A program made the translations under genes and the position numbers. Under the pieces are notes generated by a model. That model was not told where the DNA came from and did no database searches. It saw only the letters and a list, made by a program, of their open reading frames with translations. Below are positions 35,605 to 45,239 of a DNA stretch of 64,000 bases, piece by piece (within the stretch, counting starts at the first letter, position 1; the number at the start of each line of letters is the position of its first letter). The stretch is taken from the NCBI GenBank assembly GCA_007280465.1, contig QYPM01000002.1:2608-66607 (forward strand), written 5' to 3'. This DNA comes from Nitrosopumilales archaeon. Its GTDB lineage: Archaea > Thermoproteota > Nitrososphaeria > Nitrososphaerales > Nitrosopumilaceae.

Positions 35605-36537
35605 TCAGTTTTTCGTAGGGGCTTTGTACAAAACAAGATGCTCATTTTGTAAAATGACATAGCCATGACTTTTTATCAATGATTCAAGATCATTAGGAGG
35701 GATTTTTGAAATGTCATATGCGCATAAGAGGATCATTTGTTGATACGGTTTTGGACCCAATGAAGATTCCATCTTCAAATGTTCCTCACCAAGTTGATTT
35801 CGGATATACCAAGTACAGTCTTGATCTGCAAACCTAGTAGGTAAACTAGAAGTGTTACATGAATGCATGTTATTAATCCAGTCAGACAATTTTTTGACAG
35901 TCTCCCTTTTTTCCCTTTCAAGTATTTCCGTCTTGTCCTTTTCAAATATATCCTTCTTGTCCATTCCAGATAATTTATCATAAGTGATGTTTCTGATATC
36001 TTTAATTTTTGTAGGATGTTCTGAAACAAGCCCAAATGGTGTCGAGGTCTTTTTACTAAAAAAATCAGACAAGATAAGTTCGATTGTTTCCTGGTCTTTG
36101 TAAAGTACTAGTATGTGTTCAGAGGAAGGGCCATTAATTAGGAAATCATATACACTAAACTCCTCTACTTTTGCAATTATTTCATCGGTTTTATGAGTAA
36201 TTGTTTTTAGATGAGTGTATTTTATCAGTTCTTCTTTTATCAGATCTATCATAATCTTTGCAGAAACAGTTCCGGTTGATTTTTTCAATGCGTCCTCAAA
36301 CAGATTAAAATTTTTTATCAATTCAACATCAGACATTCCAGTTTTTGAGCGAAGTTGAACCATCAAATCATTGTATGATGACTGACCAAAAACGTTGAGT
36401 GCTTTTTGTATGGCTTCAAGGAAAACCTTGTCTGATTTTGATGTAAGCTGAGAATACCCTAACTGGAGTAAAACTTGTGAAGTAGACATTACTGTACTAA
36501 TAATACCTCCAACAAAACTAATAAGAATTTGGTTCAA
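35605..36537 (-). CDS. hypothetical protein with MEDS-like sensory domain
   Basis: EHILVLY...MILLCAYDI...LIKSHGYVI pattern. Confidence 0.6.
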   Translation of the reverse strand: MNQILISFVGGIISTVMSTSQVLLQLGYSQLTSKSDKVFLEAIQKALNVFGQSSYNDLMVQLRSKTGMSDVELIKNFNLFEDALKKSTGTVSAKIMIDLIKEELIKYTHLKTITHKTDEIIAKVEEFSVYDFLINGPSSEHILVLYKDQETIELILSDFFSKKTSTPFGLVSEHPTKIKDIRNITYDKLSGMDKKDIFEKDKTEILEREKRETVKKLSDWINNMHSCNTSSLPTRFADQDCTWYIRNQLGEEHLKMESSLGPKPYQQMILLCAYDISKIPPNDLESLIKSHGYVILQNEHLVLYKAPTKN

Positions 36538-36641
36538 AAAAATAAACCAGTTGTAATATTCTTATGAATTATTCATTAATTTGTAATAAACTAATTTAGA
36601 CAACATGAATTATGTTTATTCTAGATTAAAATAGAGTACTG

Positions 36642-37724
36642 TTGAAGATATGCACGATGACTGACCTTTATCGCGTATTACCAGAGGATCTTGATAATAT
36701 TGTTATCAAACTTGGTCAGCCACGATATAGAGCAGACCAGCTACTCCATGCACTATATCATGAATCACCAAAAAACATCTCGGACTTGCATCAAATCCCA
36801 TCTTCGATGCAAGATGCCCTAGTTGCAGACGGGTATACCATAGGATCTCAGAGTGAAGTTCACAGAATTACAAGTGAAGATGGACATACTACAAAATTAC
36901 TGCTCAAGTTTGATGACGATACTCTAATTGAGACTGTGCTTATGCAGTACAGTCCATCGCAGGACAAGACGCATCCACGGTCTACAGTTTGTGTTTCTAC
37001 TCAGGTTGGATGTCCAATGGGGTGCGTGTTCTGTGCTACAGGTCAAATGGGTTTTGAAAAAAATCTAAAAGCTGAAGAGATTGTTGCTCAAGTATTACAC
37101 TTTGCCAATCTTTTGCGTCAAAGAGGAGAGCATGTAACTAATCTTGTGTTCATGGGAATGGGAGAACCACTTGCAAATTATGATGAAACAATACGAGCTA
37201 TTAGGCTGTTGACACATCCTCGTGCATTTGGATTAGGACAACGAAGTATTACAATTTCAACAGTTGGAGTTATTGCAGGAATTGACAAACTTGCAGATGA
37301 ATCCATTCAGGTCAAGCTTGCAATTTCATTACATGCACCAAATGACGTGTTGCGAAAAAAATTAGTTCCAACTGCTGGCCCGCACTCAGTTGAGGATTTG
37401 ATATCTGCCGCAAAACGTTATTTCAAAAAGACTGGACGTCGTGTAACTTTTGAGTATGCGTTAATTGATGGCATAAATGATTCAAACAAAGTTGCTGAAG
37501 AATTAGTACAAATTTTGAAAGGTAATGGCGCACATGTAAATTTGATTCCTATGAATCCAACCGCCGGAGGATTTTCCCGTCCTGCTAGGAAAAGAGTACT
37601 TGCATTCCAGCAGATACTTCGTGATGGTGGCGTGAATTGTACTGTCAGAGTAGAAAAGGGCTCGGAGATAGCAGCAGCTTGTGGTCAGCTTAGAACAGAT
37701 GTAATAAAAAATATCACTCGTTGA
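36642..37724 (+). CDS. rlmN: radical SAM RNA methyltransferase RlmN
   Basis: CVSTQVGCPMGCVFCATG, VFMGMGEP, LAISLHAP, AACGQL. Confidence 0.95.
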   Translation: MKICTMTDLYRVLPEDLDNIVIKLGQPRYRADQLLHALYHESPKNISDLHQIPSSMQDALVADGYTIGSQSEVHRITSEDGHTTKLLLKFDDDTLIETVLMQYSPSQDKTHPRSTVCVSTQVGCPMGCVFCATGQMGFEKNLKAEEIVAQVLHFANLLRQRGEHVTNLVFMGMGEPLANYDETIRAIRLLTHPRAFGLGQRSITISTVGVIAGIDKLADESIQVKLAISLHAPNDVLRKKLVPTAGPHSVEDLISAAKRYFKKTGRRVTFEYALIDGINDSNKVAEELVQILKGNGAHVNLIPMNPTAGGFSRPARKRVLAFQQILRDGGVNCTVRVEKGSEIAAACGQLRTDVIKNITR

Positions 37725-37818
37725 GTTATTTTAAAAATCAATAATTTCTCATGAAAAATCTTAGCAGATATCAATTATCTAACAAACCTCTAAATTAAAA
37801 TGAAAACTAACTATACAC

Positions 37819-38034
37819 ATGGTTCTTACAAGTAGAGAAAAAACAGTCATAATCGTATCACACCTAGTTTCACTATATTCAGAAAAAATGGAGGAGGAAG
37901 AAATACCTCAGGGTCAATCAGTTATCGATTTTATTATGAAAAATATCCCTCAAGAATACAAGTCCGATATATCAATTGACATAATTGATGACGTGTTTAA
38001 CTTCATCTCAAGTAGACCCATGGAACTTTCATAA
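37819..38034 (+). CDS. hypothetical protein
   Basis: 71-aa ORF. Confidence 0.65.
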   Translation: MVLTSREKTVIIVSHLVSLYSEKMEEEEIPQGQSVIDFIMKNIPQEYKSDISIDIIDDVFNFISSRPMELS

Positions 38035-38061
38035 ACCCCCGAGATTAGAAATGATCATACC

Positions 38062-39087
38062 ATGTCCTCAATAGCCACTCTAGGTTCGCACTGTGCTCTT
38101 CAAGTCCTCAAGGGTGCAAAAGATGAAGGATTCAAAACCATTCTAGTGTGTGAGAAAAAGCGTGAAAAACTTTATCGGAGATTTCGATTCATTGACGAAT
38201 TTGTAGTAGTAGATTCATTTGCTGAAATTATGGATCAGCGATGCTCAAACATTCTAAAAGAAAATAATGCAGTAATCATACCGCATGGAACTCTAATAGC
38301 TCAGATGAGTTCATCAGAAATAGAATCAATCAAGACTCCAATCTTTGGAAACAAGTGGATTCTCAGATGGGAGTCTGACAGAAACATGAAAGAGAAACTC
38401 ATGGTAGAATCAAAATTAAAAATTCCAAGATCATTATCTAGTCCAAGCGAAATAAACGGTCTAGTAATTGCAAAAAGACATGGTGCAGCAGGAGGAAAAG
38501 GATACTTTTTGGCAACAAATGAAGAAGAGTACATGAAAAAACGAGACAGACTGATCAGAGATGGAATAGTCAAAGGAGACTCTGACTTGTATTTGCAGGA
38601 ATATGCCTTGGGAGTTTCAGCATACTTACAATACTTTTATTCTGAACTAAGTGGAGAACTGGAATTTTTCGGAGTAGACAGAAGATACGAGTCAGACATT
38701 GACGGTCTTGGTAGAATTCCAGCCCAAGAGCAAATCGACGTTGAATTAATTCCATCATTTAATGTGATAGGAAACAGCCCTCTAGTCTTGCGAGAATCTT
38801 TACTTGAAGAAGTCTATGCAATGGGTGAGAGATTTGTCGAAGCTGCAAAAAGACTAGTCCCTCCAGGTATGACCGGACCATTCTGTCTTGAAGGTGTATA
38901 TGATGAAAATGGAATATTTACCACATTTGAGTTCTCGGCAAGAATAGTTGCAGGTACAAATCTCTACGTTGATGGTTCACCATATTCATCTTTAATTTAT
39001 GATGAGCCAATGAGCATGGGAAGAAGAATAGCCCGAGAGATAAAAATTGCTTCAAGTAAAAATCAATTAAATAAAATATCTACCTAG
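38062..39087 (+). CDS. purP: FAICAR synthetase (formate-dependent, ATP-grasp)
   Basis: IATLGSHCALQ, GGKGYF, FEFSARIVAGTN, MSMGRRIA. Confidence 0.95.
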   Translation: MSSIATLGSHCALQVLKGAKDEGFKTILVCEKKREKLYRRFRFIDEFVVVDSFAEIMDQRCSNILKENNAVIIPHGTLIAQMSSSEIESIKTPIFGNKWILRWESDRNMKEKLMVESKLKIPRSLSSPSEINGLVIAKRHGAAGGKGYFLATNEEEYMKKRDRLIRDGIVKGDSDLYLQEYALGVSAYLQYFYSELSGELEFFGVDRRYESDIDGLGRIPAQEQIDVELIPSFNVIGNSPLVLRESLLEEVYAMGERFVEAAKRLVPPGMTGPFCLEGVYDENGIFTTFEFSARIVAGTNLYVDGSPYSSLIYDEPMSMGRRIAREIKIASSKNQLNKIST

Positions 39088-39109
39088 TAATTTTTCAATT
39101 TAGAAAGAA

Positions 39110-39958
39110 TTAGGCCCCACCAAGAGTGACTATTAGATCAGAGGCAAAGCCCACAGATAGCCCAATCAAAATTCCCACCATCATTACAATATTACTAGTA
39201 TATCGCCTTCCAGAGTTATACATCAACAATGAAACGTAGATCAATGCCCCTCCAGCTATTGAAAGAAACAGAATAAACGCCAAGTTGGATACCCAGATGC
39301 TTCCAAGGATTGTGCCAAGAAATGTTGGTCCCCCACCAATCAAACCAACCAATAAAAGAAATTTGATTTTTGGTTTATTTGCCAATCCTGTAAGAGGTCC
39401 TGCAATACCAAACCCCTCTGTTGCATTATGTGCCCCAAACCCAATTATCAAAAGTATCGCAAGGCCGACTTGACCTGCTACATATGATTGTCCTATTGCG
39501 AGCCCTTCGCTGAAATTATGAGCCCCTATACCAACCGCAATCATCATGGCTAATCGATAGGCGTTTGCTTCATGAAATAATTGCTTTAGATGATCATCAC
39601 CATTTTTAATATTATCAAGTGACAAAATTTGTGGAACAGAACTTCCATGCATTCTAGATTCATACAATACAAGACCAATCAGACCTATTGCAACTCCACC
39701 AAACAGTGCAATCAATGATAGCACTGCATCAGATACAGGAGCATGACCCGAGAATGCATCCTTTGCAGTAGTTGATGTTGAATCCCATGCATGACTAAAG
39801 ACATCAATTATTAGAAATACTAGAATGCCTAATGCCAAAGCATTTAGAAATCCCTTTTTGTTTGCACTGACATTTTTTACCGCAGCAATTGGCAATCCAA
39901 GAAATATAGTAAACCCCGCTATTGCTCCAAGTAAAACTAGTTGCCAGTAATCTACCAT
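39110..39958 (-). CDS. ZIP family metal transporter
   Basis: HNFSEGLAIG, HNATEGFGI. Confidence 0.93.
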   Translation of the reverse strand: MVDYWQLVLLGAIAGFTIFLGLPIAAVKNVSANKKGFLNALALGILVFLIIDVFSHAWDSTSTTAKDAFSGHAPVSDAVLSLIALFGGVAIGLIGLVLYESRMHGSSVPQILSLDNIKNGDDHLKQLFHEANAYRLAMMIAVGIGAHNFSEGLAIGQSYVAGQVGLAILLIIGFGAHNATEGFGIAGPLTGLANKPKIKFLLLVGLIGGGPTFLGTILGSIWVSNLAFILFLSIAGGALIYVSLLMYNSGRRYTSNIVMMVGILIGLSVGFASDLIVTLGGA

Positions 39959-39968
39959 TATGAATTAA

Positions 39969-39982
39969 TTAGGATGAGCTAA
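39969..39982. promoter_or_regulatory. DtxR/MntR-like box TTAGGATGAGCTAA
   Basis: Immediately downstream of the minus-strand TTTAAATA box of the ZIP gene. Confidence 0.65.
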
Positions 39983-40042
39983 CTTATTTAAATCACTGAC
40001 TAGTTCTAGAATTCTAGAATCACCCCCGCGTCATTTAAATAG

Positions 40043-40056
40043 TTAGGCATGCCTAA
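40043..40056. promoter_or_regulatory. DtxR/MntR-like perfect palindrome TTAGGCATGCCTAA
   Basis: Immediately downstream of TTTAAATA (40034-40041) of the wHTH gene. Confidence 0.7.
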
Positions 40057-40067
40057 TTCAAAAAATA

Positions 40068-40397
40068 ATGAAAAAGAAAGTTCCATTGTCGCAACTAAAA
40101 AAATATGATGTAAATCAAAAAATTCTAGAGGCGTTGGCAGATCTTCAATCAAGATCAATACTATTTTCAATCATCAAGGATGGAAAGACAGCTCTTGAAT
40201 TATCAGAAAAATACAGAATTCCACTTAGCTCTGTTTACAAAAAGATTTCAGATTTAGAAGAACTGGCTTTGGTAAGAGTTGACAAATGGGTCTTGTCTGA
40301 CAATGGAAAAAAATTCAAAGTGTACAAAAGCAGAATAAGCCGAGCCGAAATCAGCATAAAAAAACCAGAGCCATCTATAATTTTAAGCCCCAATTAA
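40068..40397 (+). CDS. ArsR-like winged-helix regulator
   Basis: ILEALADLQSRSIL...IPLSSVYKKISDL...GKKFKVYKSR; paralog of 13896-14237. Confidence 0.88.
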   Translation: MKKKVPLSQLKKYDVNQKILEALADLQSRSILFSIIKDGKTALELSEKYRIPLSSVYKKISDLEELALVRVDKWVLSDNGKKFKVYKSRISRAEISIKKPEPSIILSPN

Positions 40398-40445
40398 AAC
40401 TGCGGTTCAAATAGTTAATATTCAAAGAAAAACTATCTAAAAAAA

Positions 40446-41093
40446 GTGAAGCGATACTATTACGTTGCAATTCCCATAATCATTACAATAGCTGCCGTCT
40501 ATTACATGTCGATACCGCATGAAACCAAACAGGATGAATTAACACCTCAAATGTTAATACAAAATGGATCACCAATACTTGGAGATCCTAATGCAAAGAT
40601 AACAGTAGTAGAGTTTGGAGATTACCAGTGCACGTATTGTCATTTATTTCATGAAAACACCAAAGATACATTTCTTCAACAATATGTCAATACCGGAAAG
40701 GTCAACTTTGTATTTCGAGACTTTCCACTAAATGGTCCAGATTCAGTATTAGCTGCAGAAGGGTCATACTGTGCAGATGACCAAAGCAAATACTGGCAGT
40801 ATCATGATGAATTATACAAAAACTGGGCAGGTGAGAAGACTGGGTGGGTAAATCAAAAATCATTAGATAGATTTGCTACAACGGTGGGTCTTGACTTAGA
40901 TAAGTTTGATAAATGCATGTCAGATAAGAAATATGAGCAAAAAGTGTTAGACAATCAAAAATTCGGTGAGAAAATAGGCATAGATGGAACCCCCTCCTTT
41001 ATCATATTTGGCGGTAAGAATATTACAAAAATTGTAGGCGCACAACCAATATCAGTATTTCAACAAGTTCTAGCCAAATTCCAAAATAGTTAG
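40446..41093 (+). CDS. DsbA family oxidoreductase
   Basis: EFGDYQCTYC, FRDFPL, GTPSF, GAQP. Confidence 0.92.
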   Translation: MKRYYYVAIPIIITIAAVYYMSIPHETKQDELTPQMLIQNGSPILGDPNAKITVVEFGDYQCTYCHLFHENTKDTFLQQYVNTGKVNFVFRDFPLNGPDSVLAAEGSYCADDQSKYWQYHDELYKNWAGEKTGWVNQKSLDRFATTVGLDLDKFDKCMSDKKYEQKVLDNQKFGEKIGIDGTPSFIIFGGKNITKIVGAQPISVFQQVLAKFQNS

Positions 41094-41103
41094 GTAATAA
41101 TTT

Positions 41104-42378
41104 ATGGTAAAGCCCAAGATAGAAAAACAAGATTCTGTAAAATTATACAAGCTACGAAAGATGTTAGAAGAATTAGCAGATAAAGAAGGACGTGGTACAG
41201 AATTGATCTCACTTTATGTTCCTCCAAAAAAAGCATTGCATGAAGTCATAAACAATCTTCGTGAAGAGCAAGGAACTGCAGACAACATCAAGTCAGATCT
41301 TACAAGAACACATGTTGTAGATGCATTGTCAAGAGTAATCCAGAGACTAAAACTCTACAAATCATCTCCTGATAAGGGACTGGTTATGTTTTGTGGTGCA
41401 TTACCACCAGAAGGTGGAGGACCAATTGGAAGCGAGGTTATAAAATTATTTGAAATCGAGCCTCCAAAGGAATTGCAGACGTTCCTATACAGATGCGATG
41501 ATCACTTTCACGTAGATCTTCTCAAAGAAATGTTGAGAGATGACAACATGATTGGATTTTTAGCAATTGATGCAAAAGACGCAGGTTGGGGACTATTGCG
41601 TGGTGACAAGCTAGATGTGTTATCAGAGACATCATCAGGTGTTGCAGGAAAACACAGACAGGGAGGCCAGTCTGCTAGAAGATTTGAAAGACTCAGAGAG
41701 ATGGAGCTTAATGATTACTATAACAGAGTAGCTCATACAACTAGAGAATATTTTATCGATATTTATCCAGTAAAGGGGCTCATAGTTTCAGGACCTGGAC
41801 CTACAAAAGAGAATTTCTTGAGAGAAAATTATCTAGAATATAGATTACAAAATAACGTTCTTGCAACTCTTGATTGTTCTTATGCCGGTTCAGAAGGAGT
41901 ACGTGAGGCATTTGTCAAAGCTCAAGATGTTCTCACAGATTACAGAATGGTTGAAGAAAAAAAGCTTGTTGATAAACTATTCAAAGATATACATTTTTCA
42001 AACGGTCTTGCAACTTATGGCCTCAATGAAATTATTGATCTTATGAAAAGAAACGTGGTAGAAACAGTACTAGTTACAGATGACACCAACCTGCGAAAAA
42101 TAGACATCACATGTAGAAGATGTCAAAATGTCCAGACTGAGATTTTAGAGCGCCCAAAGGTAATTCCAAGAATACAACAGTTACTAGGTCAGCCTTGTCC
42201 TGGCTGTAAAAGTATGGACCTGGAATCAACTGAACGAGATATTGTGGATTATCTAGATCTTGTTGCAGGTCAGACAGGTGCAAAAGTTGAGGTCATCACA
42301 GGATCAACAGAGTATGGTGCAATGCTTTCAAGCATAGGAAAAGTTGGCGCATTTTTGAGATACAACCCCAACCAGTAA
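41104..42378 (+). CDS. prf1: peptide chain release factor aRF1
   Basis: NIKS, YRCD, GGQSARRF. Confidence 0.98.
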   Translation: MVKPKIEKQDSVKLYKLRKMLEELADKEGRGTELISLYVPPKKALHEVINNLREEQGTADNIKSDLTRTHVVDALSRVIQRLKLYKSSPDKGLVMFCGALPPEGGGPIGSEVIKLFEIEPPKELQTFLYRCDDHFHVDLLKEMLRDDNMIGFLAIDAKDAGWGLLRGDKLDVLSETSSGVAGKHRQGGQSARRFERLREMELNDYYNRVAHTTREYFIDIYPVKGLIVSGPGPTKENFLRENYLEYRLQNNVLATLDCSYAGSEGVREAFVKAQDVLTDYRMVEEKKLVDKLFKDIHFSNGLATYGLNEIIDLMKRNVVETVLVTDDTNLRKIDITCRRCQNVQTEILERPKVIPRIQQLLGQPCPGCKSMDLESTERDIVDYLDLVAGQTGAKVEVITGSTEYGAMLSSIGKVGAFLRYNPNQ

Positions 42379-42427
42379 TTTTTCAAATATAGTTAGCTCT
42401 AAATAATTTATAATTTCATGCAAATTC

Positions 42428-42748
42428 ATGGAACATGTAACACCAGAGGAATTTGATTCCAAAGTATTAAAATCAGATAAAAAGACAGTTGTTCTCTTTT
42501 ATGCCACATGGTGTCCATATTGTTCCAATTTCAAACCAACTTTTGAGGCTGCAAAAATTGAAAATGTAAACAAGATTGGCTCAATTATTGACGAGGATGA
42601 AAATCCACTCTGGGACAGATTCAACATTCAGTCAGTGCCCACAATGATAATATTTCAAAATGGAAACATAATTTCAAGAAAGGATGCCAAAAAGCATGTC
42701 GGTCTTACAAAATCAGACATGGATTCAGTAGTTACAGAACTATCTTGA
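42428..42748 (+). CDS. thioredoxin family protein
   Basis: FYATWCPYC, SVPT. Confidence 0.92.
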   Translation: MEHVTPEEFDSKVLKSDKKTVVLFYATWCPYCSNFKPTFEAAKIENVNKIGSIIDEDENPLWDRFNIQSVPTMIIFQNGNIISRKDAKKHVGLTKSDMDSVVTELS

Positions 42749-43165
42749 TAAAATACTGTTTCTAATGGTTTTTGACAATTCGTCAAGATCATCATTTGTA
42801 GTAATCATTCGTCTTGCCCAAGAATTTCCTATCTTTTGATATCTTGGAATTACATGAACATGCACGTGTGGAATTATCTGGTTAGCTGATTTTCCATTAT
42901 TTTGCCCAATGTTAAATCCATCTGCTCCTGTTGCTGCAAGTATGCCACGCGCAATTATTGGCACTCTAGAAAACAGAGCACCAACTTCATCGTTTGACAT
43001 GTCAATAATTTTTTCGTGATGTAATTTTGGCATCACTAGAGAATGACCCTTTTGTATTGGATACTTGTCCATAATTGCAATATGGGTGTCATCTTCAAAT
43101 ATAATATGAGCATCTTGTTTTTTATTAACAATATTGCAGAAAATGCAGTCCATGCCTTTTGACAC
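42740..43165 (-). CDS. HIT family hydrolase
   Basis: DCIFC, HVHVHVIPR. Confidence 0.95.
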   Translation of the reverse strand: MSKGMDCIFCNIVNKKQDAHIIFEDDTHIAIMDKYPIQKGHSLVMPKLHHEKIIDMSNDEVGALFSRVPIIARGILAATGADGFNIGQNNGKSANQIIPHVHVHVIPRYQKIGNSWARRMITTNDDLDELSKTIRNSILSR

Positions 43166-43252
43166 AGCATATTTTATTTATACTCACCTTCGTGAAATCT
43201 TGAAACTATATTCATCCATGTCAGATACTGTTATTTAGGGTAAAATTTTGAC

Positions 43253-43867
43253 TTGGATTGTCAAATGGGAAAAAAAGATAGAGAAGAGCGAGTACAGGAA
43301 AGAGAGAGTTTTTATGAAAAACGACAAAAGACCCAATTTAGAAATAAGGCAATAGCAATAGGCATTTTAGCAGGAATTGTCGCCGTACTTGGAATATCCA
43401 GTTATAATTTCTATGAATTATCAGCACACGTATTACCAAAAGGAATGCCTCCCGGTTCAGGTCCTCTTGGAGGAATCCACATCCATTCAGGATTACTAGT
43501 ACTAATTTATGGTCAACAGTTTGATTTCACATCTACTGCATATCAGCTAAAGAGCCCGTACATCCATTTTGAAAAAGGAAATGGTGAGACAGTTCACATG
43601 CATGCAGCAAATGTAACCATGGGATTCCTATTTGGCACATTAAAAATTGGATTGGATGACAAATGTTTTACATTCCCAGACCGACGTACATTTTGTACAG
43701 ATGACAAGTATACATTGAAGTTCTTTGTCAACCATCATCAAGTACCAGATATGCAAAAGTATGTCTTCAAAGACAATGATAGGCTCTTGATATCATATGG
43801 TAATGATAATGATACTCAAATCAATTCTCAGCTAGCCAGAGTAGATGGATTAAAACTAATCACCTAA
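43253..43867 (+). CDS. conserved thaumarchaeal membrane-anchored protein
   Basis: TM helix, HIH, IHFE...VHMHA, DRLLISYG. Confidence 0.75.
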   Translation: MDCQMGKKDREERVQERESFYEKRQKTQFRNKAIAIGILAGIVAVLGISSYNFYELSAHVLPKGMPPGSGPLGGIHIHSGLLVLIYGQQFDFTSTAYQLKSPYIHFEKGNGETVHMHAANVTMGFLFGTLKIGLDDKCFTFPDRRTFCTDDKYTLKFFVNHHQVPDMQKYVFKDNDRLLISYGNDNDTQINSQLARVDGLKLIT

Positions 43868-45090
43868 GGCTCTAATAGTTCGTCTTTTAGTATTTTGAAT
43901 TCATCTACAGTAATTTCTCCTTTTGCCAATCTATTTTTCAGAATAGCCAATGCATAGTCATCATCTTTTTTCTCAAATGTTTGTTCAACTGGAAGATGAG
44001 CATCTTGTGATTCTCTAACAACACTGCCAAGTTTTCGCTTCTTTCTTGAATAGAGTATTGCAACAACTATGCCAATTCCTACAAGGGAAATTGCAGGATA
44101 CAACATTGTCTTAATATCAAAATTTGCAAAATTGTTCAGTGTCAAATTGCTTACTGGCACAGATTGCTTTGATTCCAGATTAGCTGCCATGTCACCCACT
44201 CCAATATTCTCACGGAGTTGTACAGTTGGCTTGGAATTTTGTTGTTGATTGGAGGAGGAACTTGATGATGTACTAGAAGGGCCAGACGTTTGTGCGTTAA
44301 GCATCTCTTGTAATTTCTTTGCAGCTGCATATCTCTGCTGAAGAATATCATTCAATGACTGAGTCGGATTTTGATCAGATGATGAACTTGGATTTTGTAC
44401 AGGGGCGGTATTGGGAGTTGGGGCCGTTGGCATGATCACAGGAGCTGAGTTGGAAGGAATTCCTGGGCCAGCTGAGTTTATTGCAGAAACTCGATAGGCG
44501 TGCTCTGAACTTGGAATCAGGCCCTTATCTTGATAAGTTGTTGTTTGAGAGTGGGCAATAATGTGAAAGCCACTTCCATCATTTCTTTCAATTTGATATC
44601 CGGTTATAGACAGACCTCCATTGCTTTGAGGAACCAGCCAACTAAGATCAACTTCAGTTGGAGAGGAAGGAGTAGCTATCAAGTTAGTAGGAGAGGATGG
44701 AAAAACAGATGAACCGTCTGGTGAAAATGCAAAACTAACAGTTTTCCCACTTGCTTGATTTGCAATAAAGGCAGTTGCATTGTACATTCCTTTAAGAGAC
44801 ATTAGGTGCTGGTTACTTGGAAGACTAGTATCAATGCTTACCTGAAATGCGTGATTGCTATCAGCAATTCCGGATGCAAGTAATACAAACTTGTTATTTG
44901 GATCAAAAATTAGAATGGTAACAGTAGAAGGATCAGTGCTCAACGTAGTACCAGAAAACTTGATCATGCTCCCTCCTTTGTAAAATGATGAATCGATTTG
45001 AAGTGAAGTCACTTCGGCATAGGCAGGAATTACTACAGATCCGGTGACAACGGATAAAAGTGCAATTACGTATAGCCCGTTTTTATTCAT
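43864..45090 (-). CDS. fibronectin type III surface protein with C-terminal TM and SHOCT-like domain
   Basis: PSSPTNL...LSWLVP...YRVSAINSAG; ILKNRLAKGEITVDEF. Confidence 0.85.
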   Translation of the reverse strand: MNKNGLYVIALLSVVTGSVVIPAYAEVTSLQIDSSFYKGGSMIKFSGTTLSTDPSTVTILIFDPNNKFVLLASGIADSNHAFQVSIDTSLPSNQHLMSLKGMYNATAFIANQASGKTVSFAFSPDGSSVFPSSPTNLIATPSSPTEVDLSWLVPQSNGGLSITGYQIERNDGSGFHIIAHSQTTTYQDKGLIPSSEHAYRVSAINSAGPGIPSNSAPVIMPTAPTPNTAPVQNPSSSSDQNPTQSLNDILQQRYAAAKKLQEMLNAQTSGPSSTSSSSSSNQQQNSKPTVQLRENIGVGDMAANLESKQSVPVSNLTLNNFANFDIKTMLYPAISLVGIGIVVAILYSRKKRKLGSVVRESQDAHLPVEQTFEKKDDDYALAILKNRLAKGEITVDEFKILKDELLEP

Positions 45091-45239
45091 GTCAAGGATT
45101 CAATGCTTCCAACTATTAAAAACTCAGTAGAATTGATACTTTTGGACGTTTAACTTAATGTTAATGCAGTTTCAAGAGGAGAAATTACAAAATAGTGTAA
45201 CTGTGATCGATTAAATTCATTGGCACATAATTGAGAAAA

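Noticed and set aside
42100-42230. CxxC...CxxC insertion in aRF1
   Set aside because: A zinc-ribbon minidomain is a known feature of many archaeal aRF1 proteins.
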